Position numbers and translations under genes: made by a program. The notes under the pieces are model-generated. The model searched no databases. It worked only from the letters and a program-made list of their open reading frames with translations, and was not told the DNA's origin. From Chiloscyllium plagiosum (Eukaryota), in assembly GCF_004010195.1 (NCBI RefSeq), contig NC_057756.1:10432911-10494303 (forward strand): a stretch of 61,393 nucleotides of DNA, read 5' to 3'. Shown here piece after piece: positions 39,301 through 54,300 of the stretch (within the stretch, counting starts at the first letter, position 1; every line of letters starts with the position of its first letter).

Positions 39301-42300
39301 TGCTAATTTGAAAGTCCAGGGGGGCCCTCAGCCACCCAGTTTACCAAAATATTTTTCCTAGCACATAAAGAGAATAGAAAATAATCTCTTCCCGTGCATA
39401 TCCAGGGAGGGTAAGTTCAAAAAGCCCAAAAGTAGAGATACAGGGTCCACTCTAATTTCCGTTCCTAAGATTTCTGTCAGAGCACTTGCTACTTTAGTCC
39501 AGTATCTACGGATCTTATGACAGGTCCATAGGCAATGTAGAAGAGTGCCCACCTCTATTTTACATTTGGGACACATTGGAGATGCTCCTGCCTTAAATAT
39601 TGCCAATCGATCCGGTGCTATATGGGCCCTATGAAGTATCTTCAGCTGGATAGCCTGACTTCTGTTGCAGATGGAGATTTTTCTGGAATTTTCCCAAATG
39701 TCATTCTACATTTCTATAGAGATTTCCAGTCCCCAAATCCTGATCCAATGTTTTATGCAGATTGTCCGTATCTCCGATACTTCATCATGTAATAAATGAT
39801 AAAGAGTGCTGACCGAAAATACCCCCATTGGCCATAACACTCTATGTTCTCTATCTGATTTATAAAGACTATCTAACAGCATAGTCTTCTTCTGTATGTA
39901 ATCTCGAATTTGGAGATATTGAAAGAGATCACCATTAGGTAATCCAAATTTCTGATGTTAAAAATCACACAACACTAGGTTATAGTCCAACAGGTTTAAT
40001 TGGAAGCACACTAGCTTTTAAACCTGTTGGACTATAACCTGGTGTTGTGTGATTTTTAACTTTGTACACCTCAGTCCAACACTGGCATCTCCAAATCAAA
40101 TTTCTGATGTAGTTGTTCAAAAGACATCAGGACTCCTTCTTTAAACAGATCCCCTAAACAGGAGATACCCCTGGATCTCCAGAGTTTAAAAGTGGCATCT
40201 GTAAGCCCCGGTTGGATTCCCCATGCTCCTATCGGCGCATAGGGGGATGTTTTATGTGAATTGCCCTCATTTTGCCGCATTATACTCCAAGCTTTAATTG
40301 TATTTAGTATTATAGGGTTTTTACAGTGGTCTGTAATGATTTTGCTCTTGTCTGAAAATAAAGGTTAATAAGTGGGCATTTTACTTGAGAAGCCTCGATG
40401 TCCAGCCAGATTGATTGCGGGTCAGGCAAGACCTAATCAGCTATGTAACTTAATATAGAACTTAACTGCTATTTCCTAAAATCTGGGAAGTCCAATCCAC
40501 CCCTTGCCTGTGGAAGCTGTAGCTTCTTCAGCTTAATGAGGGGCCGTCTATGATTCCAGATAAAGGAACCCAACCAGCCATATAATTTACGTAGAGCCAG
40601 CCTTGGCAGCATCACCAGAAGCTTTCTCATAGAGTATAGGAGATGGGGCAGGACATTCTGTTTAATTAGTGCTATTCTACCTAGCCAGGAAATTGGAAGG
40701 TCTCCCCATCGCTGGAGGTCCTGCCTTATCCTTTCNNNNNNNNNNNNNNNNNNNNNNNNNNNNNNNNNNNNNNNNNNNNNNNNNNNNNNNNNNNNNNNNN
40801 NNNNNNNNNNNNNNNNNNNNNNNNNNNNNNNNNNNNNNNNNNNNNNNNNNNNNNNNNNNNNNNNNNNNNNNNNNNNNNNNNNNNNNNNNNNNNNNNNNNN
40901 NNNNNNNNNNNNNNNNNNNNNNNNNNNNNNNNNNNNNNNNNNNNNNNNNNNNNNNNNNNNNNNNNNNNNNNNNNNNNNNNNNNNNNNNNNNNNNNNNNNN
41001 NNNNNNNNNNNNNNNNNNNNNNNNNNNNNNNNNNNNNNNNNNNNNNNNNNNNNNNNNNNNNNNNNNNNNNNNNNNNNNNNNNNNNNNNNNNNNNNNNNNN
41101 NNNNNNNNNNNNNNNNNNNNNNNNNNNNNNNNNNNNNNNNNNNNNNNNNNNNNNNNNNNNNNNNNNNNNNNNNNNNNNNNNNNNNNNNNNNNNNNNNNNN
41201 NNNNNNNNNNNNNNNNNNNNNNNNNNNNNNNNNNNNNNNNNNNNNNNNNNNNNNNNNNNNNNNNNNNNNNNNNNNNNNNNNNNNNNNNNNNNNNNNNNNN
41301 NNNNNNNNNNNNNNNNNNNNNNNNNNNNNNNNNNNNNNNNNNNNNNNNNNNNNNNNNNNNNNNNNNNNNNNNNNNNNNNNNNNNNNNNNNNNNNNNNCTC
41401 GCCTTGATTTCCATATATACAGCAGCATGGTCAGAAATTGCTATACTGCCTATTTTACAGGATGATATGGAATTTTTAAAAATCAAGGGGGCAAAAAACA
41501 TATCAATTCTGGTGTGACATTTATGGGGATTGGAGTAAAAAGAAAAATGGGTGAAGGCATCTCCATACATCTACTAGTCCTAATTCTTTATTCAAATCCA
41601 CCAATTGTCTGGATCTGGGAGATACTCCTGCAGTACTCTTGGAAATCCTATCTATTTCCGGATCCATAATACAATTAAAATCTCCTCCTATAATTGTATG
41701 ACGAGTACCGAGAGCCATCAATTTTGAGAAGGCTTCTGTTATAAATTTAAAAGGATGCGCCGGGGGACAATACAAATTTAAGATCCCGTATTCCTCTCCA
41801 TTTATAAGGGCTTTAATCAGAATATATCGTCCAGATTCGTCTTTTATCTGATTTAGGATTTTGAAAGGGAAATTCTTCCGAATAAGAATAACAACTCTCC
41901 TACTTTTTGAGAAAAGAAGGCCTGATCAAATACACCCTGTTGTAATTTCAAGTGTTCTTTATCCAATAAGTGTGTCTCTTGTAAGAGAGCTATCTCAACC
42001 CTTTCTTTCTTGAGGTTTGATAATATTTTCTTCCCTTTGATTGGTGAATTACTCCCCTTGACATTCCAGGAGCACCATTTAACCGACTGATCACCCATAA
42101 TCGTCCGGGCAAGTCCGAGACCCCTCGGGAGGGGAAACCCTATCCAGAACATCCCGAGCATAGAGCATATAGAATTCACAAAAATAAAGGCTCTTTAATA
42201 CACTCACATCAATATAATAAAAAACTATTTCTAAATAAAAAAAAACGTATTTAAATGGAGATTTTCCCCCTTGTTCCCGGGGCATCACTTCCTTTCCAAA

Positions 42301-45300
42301 AGCTTCCTTTTAGGAAACTTCCTTTCCTTTCCTATCCTCTCCCAACCAGTGCCCCTCCCTTGACCCAGGTGCCCCTCGATAGGGTGAAGAAAATTCAAAT
42401 ACACTACAGAGCTGGAGTTAACAGTGAGCACCCTACCTCCCCCCCACCCACACCAACACCTGTTAATACCATGTATAAACATATATAACTATAAAATTAC
42501 ACAGTCTCAATAAGTAATAATTAAATATAGTAATACAAAATAACAGGGGAAAACAACCCCGCTCCTAAAGACAGCGATAACTTAGGATAAGGTAACCACC
42601 TCCCCACACCTACATTAACTAGACCCCCCGGCCTATATATATATAAAAGGGAGCGGGGGGAAGAAAATCGCTAAGCAGAGAACAAATAAATAAACCAACA
42701 GTAAGGTAATGAAAGGGATTAATATTAAAAAAAAAGGGAGGGTGTAAACCAGGGTGGGGAGGGAGCAAAAACAACATCAATTAACTCTTACAATTTATCT
42801 GAGAGAGTCCAAACGTTCCTTGGCCTTCTCCGGCGATCCAAAGTTGTAGACGGACCCTTCATGGCTAAAGCATAGCGTTGCTGGGTAGTGCATGGAGTAC
42901 TGAATATTTAAGTCCCCTAAATACTTCTTTGCTTCGTCAAATGCCTTCCTCTTTCAGACCAGAGCTGGGGAAAAGTCCTGGAATAGCATAATCTTGGATC
43001 CTTTATAAATCATGGCTTGGGGTATCTTTCCCAGGATTTCTGGAAGCTTCTAAGAGCATCTGCCTCTCCTTATAGCTCTGCAGCTGGAACAGGACTGGGC
43101 GTGGGTGCAGGTTCGAGCCGGGCCCGCGTATTGCGACCCGGTAGGCCCATTCCACCCTTACCCGGCCTGATCCAGCTTCCAGATTTAAAAGCTGTGGCAG
43201 CCACTGTTCGAGAAACGCTGTAAGCTGGCCTTCCTCTTCCCGTTCGGGAAGGCCCAGCAAACGAATACTTTTTCGACGACCTCGAGAATCGATCCATGGC
43301 CGATTCTGCTGTACTCTCGGAGGTCGTGGCCTTTAGCTCCACCCCTCCGACTCGGCGCTAGATTTCCTTGATGCCTCAGTTGTGCTTNNNNNNNNNNNNN
43401 NNNNNNNNNNNNNNNNNNNNNNNNNNNNNNNNNNNNNNNNNNNNNNNNNNNNNNNNNNNNNNNNNNNNNNNNNNNNNNNNNNNNNNNNNNNNNNNNNNNN
43501 NNNNNNNNNNNNNNNNNNNNNNNNNNNNNNNNNNNNNNNNNNNNNNNNNNNNNNNNNNNNNNNNNNNNNNNNNNNNNNNNNNNNNNNNNNNNNNNNNNNN
43601 NNNNNNNNNNNNNNNNNNNNNNNNNNNNNNNNNNNNNNNNNNNNNNNNNNNNNNNNNNNNNNNNNNNNNNNNNNNNNNNNNNNNNNNNNNNNNNNNNNNN
43701 NNNNNNNNNNNNNNNNNNNNNNNNNNNNNNNNNNNNNNNNNNNNNNNNNNNNNNNNNNNNNNNNNNNNNNNNNNNNNNNNNNNNNNNNNNNNNNNNNNNN
43801 NNNNNNNNNNNNNNNNNNNNNNNNNNNNNNNNNNNNNNNNNNNNNNNNNNNNNNNNNNNNNNNNNNNNNNNNNNNNNNNNNNNNNNNTTTCTTCTTCCTC
43901 TTGACAAGAAGCTCCTCTGTTCTTGTCATCCAAGGCTCCTTCACCTTATCATTCCCTGCCTGTCTCAGTCGGACAAAGTTCTCCAACACTCGCAACAAGT
44001 GCTTCGTAAACAGCCTCCACATTCCTGTTGTACAATTCCCATAGAACAATTGTTTCCAATTTATACTCCCGAACTTCTGTCTAATAGCTGTATAATTTCC
44101 CCTCCCCCAATTAAATACCTTCCTATACGATCTGCTCCTATCCCTCTCCATGGCTATGGTAAAGATGAGGAGAAAGTGAGGTCTGCAGATGCTGGAGATC
44201 AGAGCTGAAAATGTGTTGCTGGAAAAGCGCAGCAGGTCAGGCAGCATCCAAGGAGCAGGAGAATCGACGTTTCGGGTATAAGCCCTTCTTCAGGAATTAA
44301 GAAAAACTATTTTCTGAAACCTGCTGCGCTTTTCCAGCAACACATTTTCAGCTATGGTAAAGTTGAGGCAGCTGTGGTCACTGTCACTGAAATGTTTTCC
44401 CACCAAGAAGTATGATACTCAGCCTGGCTCGTTGCCTAGCACCAAATCCAATATGGCCTCCCCCCTCATCAGCCTACCTACATATTGAATCAGGAATTCT
44501 TCCTGGACAAACCTGACAAAAATCGGCTCCATTCAGACCATATGCACGAAAGGAGGTTCAATCAACATTGGGGAAGTTGAGGTCACCCCTAACAACAACT
44601 CTGTTACAACTGCACCTTTCCAAGGATTCATCCTTATGAGACACAATGCAAAGTCCATAATAGTGTCCATATCCCAGCATAGAGTGAAATGTTGCACAGA
44701 ACCTAGTAATTATCAGTCACCTATACATTTCATTGAGGTAAAAACAATGACTGCAGATGCTGGACATTGCCTGCTGAACTGTGGAAAACTATTTTCTGAA
44801 ACCATCAGGAATAACGAAGATTGCCGTTCCAAACATTTTTCCCATTGTTACTTCGGATTTTCTTGGAAGGAAATTATTCAGCTGGAGAGGATTCAGAAGG
44901 GATTTACCAGGATGTTGCTAGGAATGGAGACTTTAAGTTTTTAGGTCAGGCTAGATAGGCTGGGACTGTTTTCACTGGAGCGTAGGGGATTGAGGGGTGG
45001 CCTTTTGGGGTTTTTCACATAATCAGTAGTAGATTCGCCAAGTTTAAGTGCATTTAAGTCGTCATTGGATGGGCAAATGGACGTACATGGAATAGTGTAG
45101 ATGGGATGGGCTTCAGATTGGTATGACAGGGCGGCGCAACATCGAGGGCCGAAGGGCCTGTACTGCGCTGTAATGTTCTATGTTCTATGAGGAGCATAGA
45201 GAAGGTGAATGGCTGCTGTCTTTTCCCCAAGGGTGGAGGATGTCAAGACTATCGGACATATTTTTAAGGTGAGAGGATAAAGATTTAAAAAGGACACGAG

Positions 45301-48300
45301 GGGCATTTTTTTTTTAAATGCAGAGTGTAGGGATAGGGTAAATAGGCAAAGTCTTTTCCCTGGGGTAGTGGAGTCCAGAACTAAAGGGCATAGGTTTAAG
45401 GTGAGAGGGGAAAGATATAAAAGAGACCTAAGAGCCAACTTTTTCACACAGAGGGTGGTACGTGTATGGAATGAGCTGCCAGAGGATGTGGTGGAGGCTG
45501 GTACAATTGCAACATTTAAAAGGCATCTGGATGGATATGTGAATAGGAAGGGTTTGGAGGGATATGGGCTGGGTGCTGGCAGGTGGGACTAGATTGGGTT
45601 GGGATATCTGGTCGGCGTAGACAAGTTGGACCGACGGGTCTGTTTCCGTGCTGTACATCTCTATGACTCTAGGACTGTATGGTACTGCCTCACCTTGCAG
45701 TGTCGGTGACTGATCTGACAACCCTTAGCCCCACCTTCTTGCTTTTTCCCCCAGAATCCCTACTGCTTAAAAATCTGTCCATATGAGCCTTGAGTATGCA
45801 TAACGACCCAGCCTTGGCAGCACTCTTCCATAAAAGAATTCACAACTCTCTCATCCTCAGAGTTCTGGCCAAATAAAGCAGGAAGAGGCCATTCAGCCCC
45901 TTTGTTTCTGTGCTGTACAACTCTATCACTTCTTCATTCACCATATTTTCTCAGTCTATTCATCCTTTATCCATCACAAGTTCAATCATTAACTCACTGA
46001 GATTAAATTATAATTTCCATAAAGCACTCTCTTTTCTGAGCAAGTACAGCTTATTCGAGAAAATAGCCTGGGGAATCCAAAGCTAAAAGTCACACAACAC
46101 CAGGCTATAATGCAATACCTGGTGTTGTGTGATTTTTTAACTTTGTACACCCCAGTACAACACCGGCATCTCCAAATCTGGTGAATCCAGGTGCTGTGAG
46201 CAATTAGGATTCCAAAAACAAAATCAAACTAATTATTTCAAATGGTACTACTAATCTTTTTAACTATCCCTTGGGTTGCAAATATAGAACATAGAACAAT
46301 ACAGCGCAGAACGGGCCCTTCAGCCCTCAATGTTGCACCGACCTGTGAACTATTCTCAGCTCGACCCCCTACACTATCCCATCATCATCCATGTCCTTAT
46401 CTAAGGACTGTTTAAATCTCCCTCATGTGGCTGCATTAACTACATTGGCAGGTAGGACATTCCACGTCCTTACCACTCTCTGAATAATGAACTTGCCTCT
46501 GCCATCTGTCTTAAATCTATCACCCCTCAATTTGTAGTTATGCCCCCTCATACAAGCTGACGTCATCATTCTAGGAAAAAGACTTTCACTGTCTACCCTA
46601 TCTAATCCTCTGATCATCTTGTATGTGTCTATCAAATCCCCACTTAGCCTTCTTCTTTCCAAAGAGAACAGACCCAAGTCCCTCAGCCTTTCCCCATAAG
46701 ACCTTCCCTCCAGACCAGGCAACACCCTGGTAAATCTCCTCCACACCTTTTCCAATGCTTCCACATCCTTCCTGTATTGGGGCGACCAGAACTGTACACA
46801 ATATTCCAAGTGCGGCTGCAATAGCGTTTTGTACAGTTGCGGCATGGTATTGCAGCTCCGGAACTCAATCTCTCTACCAATGAAACCTAACACACCGTAT
46901 GCCTTACATAAAACACATTTCCTTTGCAGTAAATGAGAAATCTTTGATGGGAGTATAGGATTAATGGGAATTCAGGGCCAGATCTGGTCTCCACACTGCA
47001 GGAAGGATGTGGAGGCTTTGGAGAGGGTGCAGAAGAGGTTTACCAGGATGCTGCCTGGATTGGAGCGTATTAGTTAGAAGGAGAGAATGGACAAACGTGG
47101 ATTGTTTCAGTAGAGCATTGGAGGCTGAGGGACGACTTGATGGAAGTGTATAAAATTATGAGAGGCAAGGATGGGGTGGGTAATTGGAGTCTTTTGCCCA
47201 GGATGGAAAAGGGGACATAGGTTTCAGGTGAGAGGGCAAAGTTTAAAGAAGATGTGTGAGGCAGAGTTTATACTCAGAGGGTGGTAGATGCCTTGAACAC
47301 ACTGCCTGAGGAGGAGGTAGAGGCAGATAAATAGCAACATTGAAGGGAAATTTAAACTGACACATGAACAGGCAGGGAACAGATGGAATTAGTTTAGAAT
47401 GGCATCAGGGTCAGCAGAGACATAGTGGGCTGAAGGGCCTGTTTCTATGCTGTACCATTCTATGTTCTAACTCTTGAACTACGGTCTTTGTTATTGCTGG
47501 TGACTTGAGAAAAATAAATTTGACTGGCAACATAGAAAATGAAGCATTTCCGACCTCGATAATTACTGAGTTCTGGCAACCCTTTACTCTGGGCTGAGTC
47601 ATGTACAATATTGGCTATGTTCTTGTGATAGTGACCTCAACAGGAAGAACTGGAGACCGTTCAGAAGAGATTTACCAGGATGTTGCCGGATCTGGAAGGT
47701 TTGAGTTATAAAGAAAGGCTGGTTAGGCTGGGACTTCCTTCAATGGAGCGTAGGAGGCTGAGAGGTGACTTACAGTGTTATAAAGTCACGAGGAGCATAA
47801 ATGGGGTTAAGGAGAGGTTTCTTTTCACTTGGATGGGGGTTTCAAGACTAGGGGACATAATTTTAAAGTGAGAGGAGAGAGATTTAAAGAAGGTATGAGG
47901 GGCAAAAGGTTTTACGCAGAGGGTGGGTCGCATACGGAATGTACTTCCTGTGGAAGTGGTGGATATGGGCCACAGTTATAACTTCTTAAAAATAAACAGA
48001 CAAGTGCACGAATAGGAAAAGTTTAGAGGGATATCGGCCAGGAGCAGGCAGGTGGGGCTAGTTTAGTTTGGGATTATGTTCGGCATGGACTGGTTGAACC
48101 GAGAGATCTGTTTCTGTGCTGTATGACTCTATGACGCTCTAACTAGATTATGTGATTCTTTGAGAGTTGTGTTCTGGTTAATGTTCACACCTCAGTCCAG
48201 GACAGAAACATGCTGACTATCGGCAATTTCATGAAGGTGGTATTTTGAGAGGCTTGTGCTCAGAAAAGTGGGCAGGGTCATTCCGAAAAAAAAAACCAAT

Positions 48301-51300
48301 TCTATAAACACAGAAGACAATATCATGAATTATGCTGAATCTTAATACACCCGTGACACTAATTATGTTGACATGATGTGCAAAAAAATACATTCACTCC
48401 TCACTCTTATCCCAGGAGAAGCTGAATATCACAGTCTTAGTACATTTCTAACTGTTGAGTAAATGCCATTGAACAGCAGAATGATTCAGTGAAGGGATTC
48501 TCTGTTCCAATTTTTATCTACCTTCCATCATTTTTTGCAATTAACCATTATGCATTACAATTAAACAAAATTAGTTTTCCAAAGTAAAATGTTTACCATG
48601 ACCAGTCGATTTACCAGCTCCTGTTGAAGACATAGATCTGTGTTCGCGTTCTCTCCACAAAATCAATTAAAAAATCACATTTTGATAGGAATTGCAAAGT
48701 GAACGACATATTCAGCACTGCAAGTGTTACCAACAAAATCAACTTGCAATAAGTACTCACTGCCACTAATCAGATTGAGCAATTGACCATCAGCAAAATA
48801 GTTAATGATTGTTTCTAAGAAAGAGCAGTTTTCCAGACTGGATAACAATGTATTTGCATGATGATGGGTAAATTGCAATTGTCTTCAATATCATTTAGCG
48901 ATAGCCTGACAGGGTTTTTTTGTGGGGATGTCTTTGAGAGCAATCTGGTAAGTGAGCACACCTCAAGATAGAAACAACTTGTACTTTCTGTGCGAGTGTT
49001 TGGGTGATTGGTTCTACTTTTCAAAAAAAAATGTATACATTCAAAGCGCAATTGGCCACTCACTCTTGGGGAACTGATGACCATGTGAGTCATAAAGTTC
49101 TCAGAAAAAATGATTCATGAGTAAATGTCAGTGAGCTGTGTGACAGTGTCATAAAGTCAGAGCTGTGCGATGAAGATCTCTTATTGGCTTTGATCTTTCT
49201 GAGCAGACAGATGTAATAAAGAGAATTCAATTAAATACGTGGAGCCAATCATACTCACCATATGCGGAAACTGCAGCAGTTCCTGGGGAACAAATAGACT
49301 GGTGTGAACAAAGTGTGAATGAAATATGATTACACATTCCGACCCAGATTGTGGTGGGCACTTGGAGCAACCAGTACCTAATCAATTGGACCATTTGTTT
49401 CAAACTCAATTCCACTTCTCATCGCTAATACATTGACAAAGTCAAACACTCCCAGGAGCACTTTCTTCTCTAAGCCATTTCAGTTCAGCTGAGTGAGCAG
49501 CTTAATTCAAGAAATGTCATGGTTTCTGGAAAAACATGGAATAACTGTTTTATACTCTGCTTTTAAGCTTTCGGTACATTCCTCATCTTATAAAGTGCTC
49601 ACTTGTCTGCACAAAATGTCTCTTCCAGGAGAAGTTCTCTTTGTCAGTGTAATGCCAATATATGGTCAAGAATTAGAGTACATGTGGGTTAATACTGTTT
49701 CTTTACACAAATAGATTTTACAGGCCATTATAAGGACAATCAGCAAATTGAGAAATTGCTGGGAAAACTCAGCAGGTCTGGCGGCATCTGTGGAGAGAAA
49801 TCAGAGTTAATGTTTCAGATCCAGTGACCCTTCCTCAGAACTGAACAAGACAATTAAGCATTATCAGGTCAAAGGCAATTAGTGAGTTCACATAAAAATA
49901 TCACCCTGCTGAGTGATGCACATGATCACATATGCGTCTTAAAAAGTAATTTCAAATGCAAGATGATGTAATTTAGTGTCGAGTAGATCAATCCTGATTG
50001 TGGCCTGGTCATCAAACACACCTCAGGGCAGGACGGAATCATTTACATTGTGAATGACTATAGAAAGTGTTTGGTTTTCCACTCTTTTTGAACAACTCTA
50101 TTGAAAATAAATTACAGAAGCAAATCTAAAACAAACGCATAGTGCACTGAGTTATGAGCTTAGTGAATATTTTTAAAAAGTATACAACATATGCAATTTG
50201 ACCACTACCAAGCCACTAAATGATTCAGAGCTGAAAAATGTGTTGCTGGAAAAGTGCAGCAGGTCAGGCAGCATCCAAGGAGCAGGAGAATCGACGTTTC
50301 GGGCATAAGCCCTTCTTCAGGAATGAGGAAGGTGTGCCAAGCGGGCTGAGATAAAAGGTAGGGAGGAGGGACTTGGAGGAGGGCCTCTCCCAAGTCTCTC
50401 CTCCCTATCTTTTATCTTAGCCTACATAGCACACCTTCCTCATTCCTGAAGAAGGGCTTATGCCCGAAACGTTGATTCTCCTGCTCCTTGGATGCTGCCT
50501 GACCTGCTGCGCTTTTCCAGCAACACATTTTCAGCTCTGATCTCCAGCATCTGCAGTCCTCACTTTCTCCTACTAAATGATTCAGGTTAACATAGGAACA
50601 GGATTAGGCCATTCAGCCCCTCAGCCTGTTCCAATGTTCAATGAGATCACAGCTGATCGGTGGACTCACTCCATATAGGAGAAAGTGAGGACTGCAGATG
50701 CTGGAGATCAGAGTTGGGAAGTGTGGTGCTGGAAAAGCATAACCGTTCAGGCAGCATCCGAGGAGCAGGAGAATTGATGTTTCAAGCATTAGCTTCCTGC
50801 TGAAGAGCCTATGCTTGAAACGTTGACTCTCTTGCTCCTCAGATGCTGTCTGACCAGGCTGTGCTTTTCCAACACCACACTCTCCAGCTCTCATTCCATT
50901 TACCTGCCATTGCCCCATATCCCTTAATAACTTCGCTTAACAAAAATGTACCTATCTCAGATGTAAAATTAACAACGGATCCAGCATCCACTGCTGATGG
51001 ATAAACGTATGGATGATAATGGAATTGTCTTGGTTAGATGGGTTTCAGACTGGGGTCTGTTATTGTGCTGTAATGTTCTGTGTTCTATATCGTTTGGGTG
51101 TAGAAGTGCTTCCTAACATCTCTCTTAAATGGTCTGGCCCAAATCCTCAAACTATGCCCCCTAGATCTAGACACCCAGCCAGTGGGAGTAGTTTATCTTT
51201 ATCTACCGAGTTCTTGTTAATACCTTGAGTGTTTTGATCAGGTTACCCCTTAACTTCCTACATTCTAGAGGAAACAGGCCAACTTTGCATATTATTTCCT

Positions 51301-54300
51301 TATAATATAACCCCTGAAGTCTAGATATCATTCTTGTAAACCTATATGGTATCCCCCTCCAAGACCAATCTATCCTTCCTAAGATGTGGTGCCCAGATCT
51401 GCTTAGAGTACTCCAACTGGAGTCTCGCCAAGGTTTTGTATGACTGTGGCACTAACATCTTGTGCATGGAATTTACTTGAATGTTCATTGGTGATTACTA
51501 AAACCAATGCAAATAAGTTCACATCATCAGTAATTTCTAAACCATGGATTGATATCAGTGAGTGATGGAATGATTTAATTGCCAAGTTGGTTTTGGAATT
51601 TGGAAGGTAAGATGAGTGGGTTTAGGTTTAAGGAGAGAAGGGAAAGATTTAAAAGGGATCTGAAAGGGCAGCTTTCTCACACATAGAGTTGTTCCCAAGT
51701 GGAACAAACTGCCAGAGGAAGTGGTGGAGACTGGTACAATGTCAACATTTAAAAGGCATCTGGATGGGGATATGGATAGGAAGGGTTTAAAGGGATATGG
51801 ACCAAGGGCTGGCAAATGAATCCTCTCCAATTTAGTAGCATCCTTCCTCCAGCAAGGAGACCTGAACTGCACACAGTATTCCAAAATAAGCCCCACCAAC
51901 GTCCTGTACAACCTCAATATGACATCCCAACTCCCATTCTCAAAGGGCTGAGCAATGAAGGCAAGCATGTCAAATGCCTTCTTAACCCCCCCGTGAAAGT
52001 TGCATTGCAGGGAGACAACAAACTATGTAAATGAACCTCTAGATCAGTCTGTACAGTAACACTACTCAGGGCTCTGTAATTAACTGTTATGCCCTGCCCC
52101 AGTTTATTTTACCAAAATACAATCCCCTGCACATATCCAAATTAAACTCCATCTGCCACTCCTCAGCCCACTGACCCAATCAATCAAGATCTTCTTGCAA
52201 TCTTAGATAACCTTCCTCACTGTCAACTATACTAATAATTTTGCTAACCATGCTTCTTAAATTCTCATCCAAATCAATTATATAAATTACAAACTAAAGT
52301 GGACCCATTATTGAACCCAGCGGAACACCGCCAGTCACAGGCATCCAGTCCAAAAAACAACCTTCCACCCGCACCCTCTGTCTCCCACCATCAGGCGAAT
52401 TTTGTATCCAATTGGCAAGCTCACCGTGAATTCCACATAATCTAACTTTACCAATTAGTTGACAATGTGAAACCTTGTGAAAGGCTCCACAAAAGTAGAC
52501 AATGTCTACTGCTTTACCTTTTTTGATCTCGTCCTCAAAAAACTCCATCAAGTTTGTGAGACATGATTTCCCTCGCATAAAGCCATGCTGACTATCCCTA
52601 TCAGTCTTTGCCTTTCCAAATACATGTACATCCTATTTCTCAGAATCCCCTCCAACAACCTACCCCTTCACCAGTGCCCAGACTCATAGGTCTATAGCTC
52701 TGAGGGTTCTCCTACAGCCTTTCTGAAATAAAGGCACAACATTAGTCACTCTCCAGACCTCCAGCATCTCACCTGTACCTGTAAATGATACAGTCTAAGA
52801 AAAAGGGGTAAGCTATTCAGGACTGAGACAAGGAAGAATTTCTTCACCCAGTGAGTTGGGAACCCCTGTAATTCTGTCCCACAGGAAGCTGTTGGGGGCC
52901 AGTTCATTAGATACATCCAAGAGGGAGATGGATATGGATCATGAGGATAAAGGGATCAAGGGGTACAGGGAGAGGGTGGGAATGGGATACTGAGATTTTT
53001 CAGGTAAAAACAATGACTGCAGATGCTGGAAACCAGATTCTGGATCAGTGGTGCTGGAAGAGCACAGCAATTCAGGCAGCATCCGAGGACAGGCAAAATC
53101 GACGTTTCGGGCAAAAGCCCTTCATGGGCTTTTGCCCGAAACGTCGGTTTTGCCTGTCCTCGGATGCTGCCTGAATTGCTGTGCTCTTCCAGCACCACTG
53201 ATCCAGAAACTGAGATTGATCAGCCAAGACTGTATTGAATAGAGGTATTAGCTTGAAGGGCAGAATGGCCTTCACAAGTTCCTGCGCAAATATCTCTGCT
53301 AGGGGTCCTAGACTTCCTTCCCTAACTTCCCACAACATCCTGGGATACACCTACCAGGGATTTATCCACTTTGACCATTTTTTTAGACTTCCTCTTCTGC
53401 AGCGATTGAAGAGGTTCAGATGGTGAGTCCTTCACGGTGACCTCAGGCAGCACCTCCGAGATTTGGACACACCTTTTTGGCATAACTCTGCAATCGCAGC
53501 TCAAAGGATTCTTGAGGGGCAGTGGTAGCGTCCCTACAGTTTGAGCCAGGAGGCCCGGGTTCATGTCTCACCTACTCCAGAGGTTTGTAATGACATCTCT
53601 GAACAGGAGAAGGTGAGGACTGCAGATGCTGGAGAGTCAGGGTCGAAATGTGTGGTGCTGGAAATCACAGCAAGTCAGGCAGCCTCCGAGGAGCAGGAGG
53701 GTCAACATTTCGGCCTTAAGCCCTTCATCAGGGATGTAGAGAGGGAGGGGGCTGAGAGATAAATAGGAGGTGGAGGTGGGGCTGGGGGGAAGGTAGCTGG
53801 GAAGGTGATAGGTAGATGCAGGTGGTGGGTGAAGCTGATAGATCGGAGGGGAGGGTGGAGCAGATAGGTGGGAAGGAAGATGGATAGGTAGGACAGGTCA
53901 AGGGGGCAGTGCCGAGTTGGAGGGTTGGATCTGGGATGAGGTGGAGGGAGGGGAGATGAGGAAACTGGTGAAGTCGGCGTTGATCTCGTGTGGTTGGAGT
54001 GTCCCAAGGCGCAAGATGAAGCATTCTTCCTCCATGCTTTGGGTGGCTTGGATTTGGAGGTGGAAAAGGCCCAGGATTTGCATATCCTTGGTGGAGTGGG
54101 AAGAGGATTTAAAGTAGTCGGCCACAGGGTGGTGGGGTTGTTGGGTGTTTGTGTCCTAGAGATGTTCCCTGGAGTGCTCCACAAGTTGGTGTACTGTCTC
54201 CCCAATGTATAGAAGACCACATTAAGAGCAACAGACACAGTAGATAAGGTGGGACAATATGCAGGAAAATGTCTGCCAGATGTGGGAGGATCCTTTGGGA

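Noticed and set aside
48913..49648. Candidate exons at 48913-48947 (gtaagt donor) and 49629 (ttccag|GAGAAG)
   Set aside because: Lengths do not fit (35 nt; 18 or 20 nt with poor donors), and the acceptor or donor context is weak.
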